The notes under the pieces: generated by a model
What the model saw: only the letters and a program-made list of their open reading frames with translations
The model's database searches: none
Told to the model about the DNA's origin: nothing
Shown: piece by piece, positions 35,959-46,943 of the stretch
Numbering within the stretch: the first letter of the stretch is position 1
How the letters are laid out: each line of letters starts with the position of its first letter
Program-made: the position numbers and the translations under genes
Assembly (NCBI GenBank): GCA_040285825.1
Contig: JAUPSS010000005.1
Coordinates: 248,001 to 312,000, forward strand
DNA from: Eukaryota sp. TZLM1-RC
Lineage: Eukaryota; Protista; Metamonada: BaSk clade
Length of the DNA stretch: 64,000 nucleotides
Direction of reading: 5' to 3'

Positions 35959-36032
35959 CGGCTATTAGCACAAAAATGTCAAATAGTAGTAACCCGTTGA
36001 GATTACTGGAAGATGAAGATGAAATGAAGCAA
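35953..36032 (-). promoter_or_regulatory. Shared promoter/leader module upstream of the coiled-coil gene
   Basis: Inverted homolog of 33956-34026. Confidence 0.65.
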
Positions 36033-36040
36033 GATGATCG

Positions 36041-37250
36041 TCTTTCATTTCCTTTAAGATACTGGTCCACAAAATGATTCATATTAAGAACAGCATTGGC
36101 ATTACGATTCCATAGACATCCACACTTCTTGCAACCGAGTAATCCATGTCTAAGGACCGTTGGAGTCTTTGCTCTCCTGTAAGGTCTTGGGTTAGGTACT
36201 CAATGTTTCTTTACATTTTCTCCTTCTTTTCCCTCGACTACACATGCATGATATCGACAATTTGTTCTATATCCCTGCACAGTAATAGACGGAAGTTAAG
36301 TTTTTTAAACATCTTTCGATAACCAACAATCTTTGTAGGTGCTTGATGTTTGAAATTGGTTTGATAATAGAAATGCTTCATGTTGTAGAGTTTTTTTGAA
36401 AATTGTTTTAGTTTTTCTTCCGATTCCTTTACAGTTTTGTTTTGATAAATCCATGATTCTTTGGCATCATTATAGAATTTTTGATGGTCTTTGTTCAGAG
36501 TTTCTGTTCTCTTTGAGGAGCAGTGAGCCTCTTGAAAGTATATTCCTTTAGTTTTGTTTTCATGTTTTCATTTGGAGGAGGAGGATTTTGTTTTGACCCG
36601 AAGTCTAGAATCTTTTGTTTTGTCTTTTTGTCTATTTTCATTCTGTTAATAAAACCTCTAGTTCTTCCTTTGTTTTCTTCATGACGCTATTCGTCCCATT
36701 TAGTCTTGAATCTGTTGGGGTTGAGTGGTGTGGTTCAGTTAACATGTTGGGATTTGGACAATTTATTTTTCGTTTCTCAGCCATCAATTGGTCGCTAAAG
36801 CCAGGGTCAATTACTGTGAAGGTGATATTTATCAGCTCATCTCGTGGAAGATCAGTCAAGTGTGGATCTTTTTCACTTTTTCTGGCTTCTTAAGACGACC
36901 CTACCCAGCTTTATCTTTTCTTATAAGGCAACTTACACCATCAGTCCTGATAGAAAAATTAAAGCAATAATCTTTCTGTTGAAACGCCCTTTTAACTACT
37001 CGAAATATCCATTTCCAATATTGATGTTGAAATGTTTCAATATCTCCATCAAGAAAAGCTTCACAGTTTCTCGGGTAATTGGATTCATCAGGGATCAAAA
37101 TTTTGTTAAATGCATGTGTGTCCCAGAAAGCATGCGCAGGTATTACAGAGGTCTGAAGTGGAAATAGGTTATACTTAATTGGTTGTGATTTTGGCAATCT
37201 CAAATGACAATTTGCCTTCTATAAGCAAAAAAAATTTCTAAACATCTCAA
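36041..37250 (-). pseudogene. Fanzor1-like pseudogene
   Basis: LFPLQTSVIP, IRTDGVSC, RuvC-I TVIDPG, KHQAPTK..GYRKMFKK, NPRPY..RHGLLGCKKCGCLWNRNANAVLN; many frameshifts. Confidence 0.85.
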
Positions 37251-38044
37251 AGGCTCATCCATTAAAATATTATTTAATCCTTTGCTTCACCGCAAATTCA
37301 CGTGTACATTGGGTAAAAATAAATGTAGATTATGAAAAAACAATTTAAGGTTCTTACCAACAATAACTGTTTCAAATCATAAGTAATTTCGGATTGATCT
37401 GGTAAACCTGTTTTCAGCTTATATAATATATCAATTAAATCACATTAAACTATAAACAGAAATGGAATCCATTTCGAAGAAGTTGAAACAATATTTCCAT
37501 AGCGTTTGCAAAGTTACCCAAAATTTCGTTCAGCTGTGTTCGTCAGAAATAGAGGTCGAGAAATTCATTCAACAATTCTTTGAAGTTATGGCTTACTGAT
37601 AATGCAATCAAATCTAAATATTCTGAAACACTTTATCTTGTGGACCTCACTAGAGATTTGAGATTTAAATCTGGAACCCCTCAGTTACAAAAATTATGGA
37701 AAAATTCCTTAGCTTTCTCCTTTGAAAATTTTCTTAATAGTAGCATGTGGAATTCTACAGTGCATTGAGACCTTGACATTATCAGTAGCAGCAGTTTCCT
37801 CTTCCAAAGCAGATAATATAGCAGTAAACAGTCTGGGACGGCCTGTAATGTTGACGAATCTGAATCATTAGTTTTGATTGAATTAAGAAGAACGAATCGG
37901 TCAGTAGCTGGAAAAATTGTACCAGACTCAGTGGTGTCCAAAAAGAAGGCATTGAGAAAACTTTGGTCATGTCTTAAAAGTTGGTGGTGGGTGGCAACGT
38001 AATCATACAGAATTTGTTCTGTTATTTTATTATTTTGCTTCGAG

Positions 38045-38500
38045 TCAACTCTTGCTGAAATTTCAAAAGGAAATGATTCAACCAAAAATGTAGATTTTGA
38101 CAATAACAATTCAAAACTCTGATATTTCGTACTTTTTGATGTCAGTCTACTGTCTAAATATTCTTCCATCGGTGATGTTAACTCACAAATCAGAACTGTC
38201 TTTCTTCTTGTTGCATCTGTATTTTTTGTCATAAGAATTAGATCAGGTCTTAACTCAGTCAGAACCAAAGGAAAATTTACATAATGATACGTGTCATAAG
38301 GTAAATCGCAGTAAACATCATAATGATCTAGGAAAGGAAGTAAGAGGTTAACAAAATAATTTATGATGAATCATGTCACCATTTAGGTCCATTAAATACT
38401 TTACATATTTGATAACCTGAACAATTGCAAAATTGTGACCCAAGGTAGCAGTTTATGCTGTGTTCTATGTTTTTGTTAAAAAGAAGTCTCTTTAACCTCG
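38045..38500 (-). mobile_element. HERO/NeSL-type RLE retrotransposon fragment
   Basis: LRPDLIL..VLICELTSPMEE..KSTKY..PFEISAR, with an eroded TLGH..W.HDS knuckle upstream. Confidence 0.7.
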
Positions 38501-39485
38501 CTTTTTTGGTCTTAAAAAGGGTATTATACTGTCAATGTTGGAACGTATATATGATTGCTGAATATCATTTAAGTCTAAGTACTTCGGTGCACCAGAATCA
38601 TCTTCACGCCAAGAAGAGAAAGTGGAACAAGATTTAGGGAGTGGTTCAATGGGAGTGTGCAGCAGCGAACCAACACATTTCATGTCTTCTTCAGACCTAG
38701 GAACAGGTCAGAGTACACAATGATAGGTGGGTCAATACCCAAGTTCAGCGACACAGGGGAGGGGTGTGTGCGACACAGGAGGGAGAATAATGAGCTCAAC
38801 TATCAAATTTTACACTTGTCATCAAATTTTCGACTGCTGGTTGAAAATCACCTCTTCATTCGACATGGAAACTCAGCGAGTTATAGTACAAACTGCAACT
38901 GATGATAAACTTCAATTATGTGCGATTTTTTGTGTCTCTGCTGTTTTGTACGCCGGTCAGTCATACAATAGAGTGGCTATTAATATCTTGGTACTTCTTG
39001 CTTACGTTATGTTCAACAATGAAACAGATTTTGAATATTACTGGGATCTTTCAGTTTTGACAAGTCAATATGAATTCAGGAGTATGCTTCAAATTCAGCA
39101 AAGAAGAAATCTATATTATGACAACTAAACAGATTGACATTCCAAACTAACGTGCCATGAAGAGTCATGTCGGTCCAATATTATACAACTTCTGTTGTAC
39201 TCAATTAACTGACTTACACTCTTAACAAAAATTTTTTTAAGAACAGGTTTTTCAAATTCAATACAATACTATTTCATTGGCCAAGCAATCTTAAACTACT
39301 TTCAGTTTTACTTTTATTAAACTTACATATTTGACAAAATTAACTCATAACTACTTTCAGTGGAAATAGGGCTTTGCTTAATACTTGTCAATCAAAAGTT
39401 TTGCTGATCTACAAATCAATTTCTCACGAATCACAACAACAGGTCCAAACAATGATGTGTACAATTGAATCAACCCACATTTTGC

Positions 39486-39610
39486 TGTTGTAGACATGAT
39501 AAACAGTAGAAGAATAACAATAATTTATTAAATTCACCGGCCCTGATAAAGGCAATCACTAGTGAAGTATGTATGATAAATGTACTAGACTAATTGTCCA
39601 CTGTACAACA
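39486..39610 (-). mobile_element. Solo LTR (125 bp) related to the 28097-28194 LTR
   Basis: TGTTGTA..TACAACA ends; shares TTTATTAAATTCAC, TCACTAGT and TACTAGACTAATTGTC blocks; no clear TSD. Confidence 0.8.
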
Positions 39611-39953
39611 ATGTTTTGAATCAATTTTTTATTTTCCAAAATGAATTCTTCAAAACATTAATAATCAATTGTTTCAAACCCCACATCTACTATAGAAACC
39701 TTACCTACAACTTTTCATATTTTCTAAGTAATAACTATTAGCTAGAAACCAGGCTGTAAAACAAGATACAATTGAAATTACCAGACAGTTTGGTCAAACA
39801 TTCAGTCCTAGATTTGTGTCAAGAATTTTCTCTCTTGCATTAAAAAGCATAGATAAGAAGTAAAAATAAGAAAACAATTCAAAAACTCAAAACAAGACGC
39901 AAAAAACATTTATTAACAAACCGAAATCGCAAAAACAGACTGTAGAGAACAAT

Positions 39954-41837
39954 CTACACAAAATCTTCTTCTGTTTCCGCTAATGGCAATGGTGTTGACC
40001 TTCTGCCACATTCAGGAAACAAATCTTTCACCGATACATGTTGATGAGCCTTGTCGGCGGAGGGCCTTCCTCTTTTATCCACATTTGGGGGTTCAAGACA
40101 TGGTTTTTCTACTGGATCAACCTTAAATCTTTGAAGGTCCATTAAATCTCTCTTTTTTACTATTCTTTTTGGAGGAAACGTCATGTATGGAGCAAAAAAC
40201 GTAACAGAATTACTTGAATTACCATTATTTTGTAGCAACTCCTCAAGTTTTGGATCAAGTGCAAAACCATTTGAGGAAATGTTCAACTGACGACTCCTGA
40301 TACCCATTTTCCCCAATGTCTCGTGTGAGAGCAGTTGAAGACAGTCTTCAGGACATCCTTTGAATGTGTGTGTAGTTACGGACTTGTCTACGCATGAAGG
40401 AAGTCTACGTTGACGTGCGAAAAGCATGGTTATCATGATACACACCTTACCCACGCTCGGGAGGAAACCCGCAAAGCTGGTGTTCACAAGGGGGTCTGGG
40501 TGTCCAATCGATAACCCAACGGTCCCATATGCTGAGGCGACTTCAAAAAGCGAGCGAAAGAATACCACGTCTGCATTATAGCCAATAGAGGTAGTCACAA
40601 TGAACAGAGAGAGGTAAGTCCAAAACACATCCCTAATCCAAAGTTCTTCAGTCTGTGTTCTCCAAATGAGATTAAGTGCAGACTTGAATCCCTTTTCAGG
40701 ATCAGCAGTAGACTTTACTTTTTTGGAGGATGATCTCAGTATTGAAATAAAGGGAACAGGAGCGAGAATCATCAGCAAAATCGTTACCATCAAAACTGAT
40801 GGAGAGAGAACATCATAGTCAAAGGAACTCAGTCCACAGGTTCTGGTCATAAATGAAGCAAACACTGCATTAAGAATTTTGACAGAGGCAACTTCACCAG
40901 GTAGATTGTCAAAGTCCAACCAAACAAATGCACCAAAGTGAGAGAAAAAGAAGACAGCGAACCAGAACAGCAAAGAGAGGGTCTCTACTCTGCTGAAAAG
41001 ATGTGTATAAACCTCACGACCGTGATCTAAAAGGAATTTATAAACAGGAGAAAACTTACTAGTTTTGAATTTAATATAAACTAAAACTCGAAGCAGAATG
41101 GGAAACCCTCCCTGTCCTGCAATGACAAGGATAATGATTGGAATTAAAATAAAGAAATCATCATGAAAAATTGACAAAGAGCTACTAAACAGCGATAGTC
41201 CAGTTCCATTGAAGGCAGAAAGAACGTGGAAAAACGAAAACCAAGCCCATCCGCCCACAACATCAGCTTTTTCACGGGCAGCAGAGGAGAATGCAAAACG
41301 TAAAGACAAACAGATAAAAGCAAAAGTATAAAAAAACAAAATATAAAACAAAATTAAAAATACTAATCTCGTCATACTCCAAAATTCTAGGGAATACTTG
41401 TAGAGAGGAATTGGTTCATAAACTTCTGCATCAGTATTTGGTATTGATAATTGAAAAGAAATATCGTCTTCTTCAGTAGTATCTGGGTCAACTTCAAGAA
41501 TGGTTTCAAAATGTTTTTGAGAGATGACCAGGTCTGAAAACTGTTTTATGAGGAATCTTCGGCGAATAATGACAGGAACGATAGTCCACAGAGTGAGTGC
41601 ACCACACTGTGAAAGAAGTAGAGCTACAATTTTAGTGGATGTGTTGAGTTCTTGGAAGTTAACAGTGAGAAGACCTGTAGAAGTGACACCGGAGAAAGAG
41701 GTGAACAAAGCATCAACAAAAGAGAGAGAATTGTTTTCTAGTAACATGATGACAATTCCACCTATGAAGGACATGGAGAAGAAACATAGAAGATGAAGCG
41801 CAGAGAAACCGAGTGAGTCAAGGACTTTGTTGGTCAT
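39954..41837 (-). CDS. Trk/HKT family K+ (cation) transporter
   Basis: Four MPM units with pore glycines: SGVTSTGL, SAFNGTGL, MTRTCGL, SAYGTVGLSIG. Confidence 0.92.
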   Translation of the reverse strand: MTNKVLDSLGFSALHLLCFFSMSFIGGIVIMLLENNSLSFVDALFTSFSGVTSTGLLTVNFQELNTSTKIVALLLSQCGALTLWTIVPVIIRRRFLIKQFSDLVISQKHFETILEVDPDTTEEDDISFQLSIPNTDAEVYEPIPLYKYSLEFWSMTRLVFLILFYILFFYTFAFICLSLRFAFSSAAREKADVVGGWAWFSFFHVLSAFNGTGLSLFSSSLSIFHDDFFILIPIIILVIAGQGGFPILLRVLVYIKFKTSKFSPVYKFLLDHGREVYTHLFSRVETLSLLFWFAVFFFSHFGAFVWLDFDNLPGEVASVKILNAVFASFMTRTCGLSSFDYDVLSPSVLMVTILLMILAPVPFISILRSSSKKVKSTADPEKGFKSALNLIWRTQTEELWIRDVFWTYLSLFIVTTSIGYNADVVFFRSLFEVASAYGTVGLSIGHPDPLVNTSFAGFLPSVGKVCIMITMLFARQRRLPSCVDKSVTTHTFKGCPEDCLQLLSHETLGKMGIRSRQLNISSNGFALDPKLEELLQNNGNSSNSVTFFAPYMTFPPKRIVKKRDLMDLQRFKVDPVEKPCLEPPNVDKRGRPSADKAHQHVSVKDLFPECGRRSTPLPLAETEEDFV

Positions 41838-41869
41838 GGGTCAAATGATAAGAAGTGTTGAGAGCGTTT

Positions 41870-44800
41870 TGAACTATCAAATGGATTTCGTTTGTTGGCT
41901 AATCAATTACTCGTCTTTTTGCTTCAAAAGTGTTTAATCGTTTTGCTTCCAAGGCTGCAAAATTTTTAGCACCTTTTCAATTTGGAATTAAAACAATTGA
42001 AGGTGCATCAGTTGCTGCATTGACTTCTGATTTATTTTTTAAATCTAATGATCAGAATTATATTTTCACTTTAGATTTTAAGAATGCTTTCAATTCTGTG
42101 CATCGAATTGCAGTTCATGATGTTATCCAAAAAGAATTTCCAGAATTATCCAGCTATTTTTATTTATCTTATGGTAAAGCCAGTGAACTAATTTCTGAAT
42201 CTTATACTTTATTTTCGTCTTCCGAGAGTTCAGCAAGGTGATCCCCTTGGGCCATTACTCTTCTGTTCAGCAATTCACAAGTCTTTGATTCATTTCAGTA
42301 ATCGCTATCCGATGTTGAAGATAGTAGGATACATGGATGATATCTCAATTATTGCTCCATTAAATGTTTTAAATGAAATTGCTTCTGAAGTTTCACTGTT
42401 TCACAGAGATATTGGTCTTTTGCTTAATGCCGACAAATGTCTCCTCATAGGAAAGGTAAAAAATAGATTATCCATTGATGGTGTTGAAATTCCTTTTCTG
42501 AACTATTCCCCAGATGCTTTTCGTTTCCTAGGATGCTGGCTTGGAAACGTTCCAAAAATTACTGAAGAATTGAATAATCTATAAATGAAATTGGGTTCTG
42601 AACTTGATACAATTTCGTCATTTGAAATTGAGAAACATATTAAGTTTATTATCTTAAAAATTTGCTACTCCGGTAAAATTACTCACATTTTAAGAACAAC
42701 ATCTCCTGATTTTTCACGTGAGTTTTGCCTCTCATTTAACTATTTGAGAACAAAACTTTTTGCATCCTTGATTGATGTCAATCCTGAACTAATTCGAAGT
42801 CATGTATTTTCATCATCTAATGTTGGTGGAATTAATTTCACTAAATCGTCTATTCTCTGTCAGGCTGCTTTTCTTGGTGGAGGGAAAAATTTTGTTTTTG
42901 AATTTTGCAACCGTTTTCCCAATGATTTTTTAATGCAGAGGAAAATAATTTTATTTTTAATCTCGACTTTAAAAATGCTTTTAATTCTGTAAAGCGAGAA
43001 GCAATTTTTGAAGTTATTAAATCTGATTTTCCTGAGCTATCGAGTTTTTTTCTACCATTTTTATGGGAAAGAATCAGATTTAATTTTTAATTCATTTGGT
43101 CTTAAATCATCTTCTGGAGTGAAGCAGGGAGATCCTTTAGGCCCATTATTGTTTTGTTTAGCTATTCACAAAACTTTAAATATCATTAAGCAAAAATACC
43201 CTTCTATAAAAATAGTTGCTTATATGGATGATATATCCTTGATTGGTTCATTTGATTTACTAGAATTGGTTGCTCAAGAAATTGCCGATTCATATGAAAA
43301 TATTGGGCTTCATCTTAATGCCAGCAAATGCCTTCTGATTGGCTCTTCTGCTCAAGACCTCGTGATAAACGATTCTATTGTCCCTTTTACTAATTATAGT
43401 AGTGATGCTTTTTAAGTTCCTTGGTTGTTGGTTAGGAAATGTGCCTCAAATTCAGAATGAGTTGCAAGTTATTTTGGAAAAATGAAAATTGAACTTGATT
43501 CAATTTCTTCTTTAGATATAGAAAAAGCATATTAAATTTTTCATGCTTAAAATTTGCTACACTGGGAGAATAACCCACATTTTGAGATCTTGTGCTCCTT
43601 CCATAGCATTAGATTTTTGTCGTTCATTCAATTCATTGAGAACAGAATTTTTTGCTGATTTATTGGATGTAGAACCAGGAATGTTGAAAAGTCACTTATT
43701 TTCTTCAGCAAATTTGGGGGGTATTGGATTTACTAAATCTTCAATTTTGTGTCAATCAGCATTCTTGGGTGGTGGCAAAAATTTTATTTATGAATTTTCT
43801 CGTAGATTTCCTGATGATTCTCATCTGTTAGTCCCCAATTGTAGTCCCTATTTGTATGAGTTATCTTGTGAACTTGAAAAATTACCGCCACAAATTTGGA
43901 CCAAATGTTTTCCTCAATCAATTCAAGAAATTCCAAACCGATCTCTTTTGAATTTACAGTTTTGCTGTAAAAGCTTCAACAAAAATTGTCAAAGATTTTT
44001 GAAAGCTTGGATTTTGATGTTAGACTTGGCTTGGCCAAGAAAAAGAATCCCGCTTTTGCAAATCTTTTACAAGATATGTGTGACAGTACTTCTTCTGCCT
44101 TATTAACAACAATTCCCCAAGTTTATGGTACTCTCTTAACTGATTCTGCTTGGACTCTGAATATGAGATTTCGTTCCTTTATCTGGCCTGATAATTTACC
44201 TCATAATTTAATTTGTAAATGTTCTCGAGAAATTACAACTACTCATTTGTTAAATTGTAAACATTTTATTACTTTTAGAAGCAAGGTTCATGATGCTGTA
44301 AGAGACCAGTTATATTGTATGTGTAAATCTCATAGAATTGAATCCTTCTTGGAACCTCTGTTGTCAAATCTGTTTGATGCTGAAAATGATTTTCATAAGA
44401 ATAATAGAGGTGATGTCATATTACCTGGATTAGATGGAAGCTTCATTTTATTGGATGTAATGTCTGTTGATCCTTGTAATGCCTCAAATGAAAGGCTTGT
44501 TAATTCTGAAATTCATAATCCCCTTTCAAATGCTGAAAATTTTAAAGTCAAAAAATACAATGAACCTTTGTCCAAATTGGCCAGTCTACAACATGCAAAA
44601 TACAATTTGTATCCATTTGTATTTTCCCTTTTTGGTTCACTTGCACCAACTGCTTTACGTTTTTTGGATGATTTTGAAATGATTGTAAAGAGAAGAACTG
44701 GCAGAAATTTCAACAGATTGTTTTGGCAAAATAGAATTGTGTTTTCTATTTTTAAGGGGATGTTGAAGATGGTTTCTGATGCTTTGCTTTCTCTTGGATC

Positions 44801-45990
44801 TCACTATGAGAGAGTTGCATCTAGTGTTTTTGTTTTGGGAGAGATGGATTTTTTAAATGTTGATTTATTGGTTTAGAATAAAATTAAATTTAAAAAAAAA
44901 GTTTTCCCAATGATATTAATTTATTGAATTTTACAAGAAATAATTTTCTCAGAGACCTACAAAATGCTCTTGATTGTTTGCCCTCTGAAATTTGGAGTAA
45001 ATGTTTTCCTGACAACGTACAGGAAATACCATCTAGAACACTAGTTTATTTGAGGTATTGTGTTAATAAATTGCAACAAAAGTTAACAATAATTTTTGAT
45101 GGCTTGGATTTTAATGTTCGTCTCGGCTCGGCTAAAAAAGATAATTCCGCTTTCGTAAATTTTTTGTTAGCTGCCCAAAACAGTTCCTCTTCGTGTTTAA
45201 TTACTCAGATTCCTCAAATTTATGGTCTTCATTCAAATGATACCGAATTTGCTTGTACAATGCGCCTTCGTTGTTTCATTTGGCCTGATAGCGTGCCCCA
45301 TAATTTGATTTGTAAATGTGGATCAATAATTTCTCCAAATCATTTATTCAATTGTAAACATTTTATTACTTTCCGATCAAAAGTTCATGATGCGGTCAGA
45401 GATCAACTCTATTGTATGTCAAAATCACATAGAATTGTTTCCTATTTAGAACCATTACTTTCCCGTTTGGTTGATGAAGAAACTGTGAATTCGTTTGGTC
45501 GAAGTAGAAGTGATTTAATGCTTGAAGGTCTTGAAGGTATTACCATTATTACAGATGTGAGATCCACTGATGTCTTTAATGATTCTTTTATTGCAATGGC
45601 TCAATCCAAATACAGGGACCCCTTAACTGTTTCCGAAAAGCCAAAATTGACAAATACAAAGCAAAATTGTTATCCTTGAATGCAGAATCGCATACTCATT
45701 ATGTCCTCTGTCCTTTTGCAGTTTCCCTTCATGGCACGCTTGGACCTCTTGCTTTGTCTTTTCTGGATGATTTTGTTGAAATTGCGAGACAACGTACTGG
45801 AAGAGTTTTTGGCAAAACAGAATTGTATTTTCAATTTTCAAAGGTGTTGTTCCCTTATTATCTTCAGCTTTGTTATCTCTTGGACGCGTTTATGAAAGAA
45901 AAACCTCCAGTCAATTCTTCTTGGCTGATTTGGGTTATGAAAACATAGAATTTCAACCTTGTCGTATAGTTTGTTTTGTTGGAATAAATA
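41870..45990 (+). mobile_element. CRE-like family F (RT through RLE), split by family G (pieces about 41870-42926 and 44901-45990)
   Basis: PFQFG, LDFKNAFNSV, QQGDPLGP, GYMDD, FLGCWLG; the peptide resumes after 44901. Confidence 0.88.
42927..44900 (+). mobile_element. CRE-like family G, 5'-truncated, with poly(A) and 14-bp TSD
   Basis: GVKQGDPLGPLLF, AYMDD, zinc motif and RLE; A9 at 44892-44900; GTTTTCCCAATGAT at 42913-42926 and 44901-44914. Confidence 0.92.
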
Positions 45991-46943
45991 CAAATATATA
46001 TATAAATTTGGAGTGCATAATGATTTTCTAAAGGATGGAGGTTACCTCCACCATCTTCCATTGCTCCACGAACTTCTCTCCATTTTTCTGTGTTCTTCAT
46101 TGCACCGTCCGCCCCACAACTATGATTTTCTTATGGAAAGGGAACGAACAGCAAGCTTGTCGTGAATCCAGGAGCTAATTTGGCCATTATAAAGAGTTCC
46201 TACTAAATAATGAGTTCCCGATGAAAAAGTCCTCAACGGAGAAGTGTGTGGCCGAAGAGCGAAAAACACCATTGAGAAGGTCATAACAAGAATTGAAGAT
46301 ATTCGTTATTTAATAGATCATTTGAATGATCTTGGCTCTGATCATGATGCCTAATTGAAGCGCTGCTAATATGGCTGCTGATGCTTGGCCAGCAATACAA
46401 GTCCTAAACGAAGGGCTATCCACAATAATAGCTTTACTTTCAAATCTAACTGGCTGCAGGGTTCAAAGGCTCATTCAGGTACATGTTCCGTGGATCTTTG
46501 AAGAGGTGGATTTCTTGTAAACAACTGAATTCTTTAATGAATCTCTTAATTTGGTGTAGTCGTTTAAATCAAAATGTCATAAAATTTCCTCCATATTTAA
46601 TATTTAAAGCATACCGTCAATTTGTGAAGAAAAGTGGACAAATGTTATGAAAAAGAGTATTTCCCAAAACACTGCCAAAAAATGAGAATTTTGAGAATTG
46701 AGAATTTGGATTTATTACATCAAGAATGTTTAGGAATCCTGACCAAAAAGACGGAAATAATGCTCTTTCAAGCTTGTATGACAGAAGAAGAAAAAGAAAA
46801 AGTTCTATTCAATTCTTAGAGTCTAGGATCAGAATTTATTGAATAGTGAAAATCAGAAGGTAAAAGGAAAGAAAAATACAACAGCAATCAGAAAAATGAC
46901 TGCAAATCTATTGTTGTCCACAAAGCAACAATCAAAGTACCAA

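Noticed and set aside
35985-36000. CAACGGGTTA as the right end of the 36-kb Fanzor
   Set aside because: It lies in the module also found upstream of NSE1, so it is more likely host leader; the Fanzor appears truncated near 36041.
37681-38268. 195-aa ORF as a real gene
   Set aside because: A chimera of a HERO-like endonuclease fragment and unrelated sequence.
46000-46600. Higher-GC segment, possibly a TE or gene remnant
   Set aside because: No motif or repeat partner recognisable by eye; needs a database search. The same applies to 8300-9400, 32440-33500 and 38600-39200.
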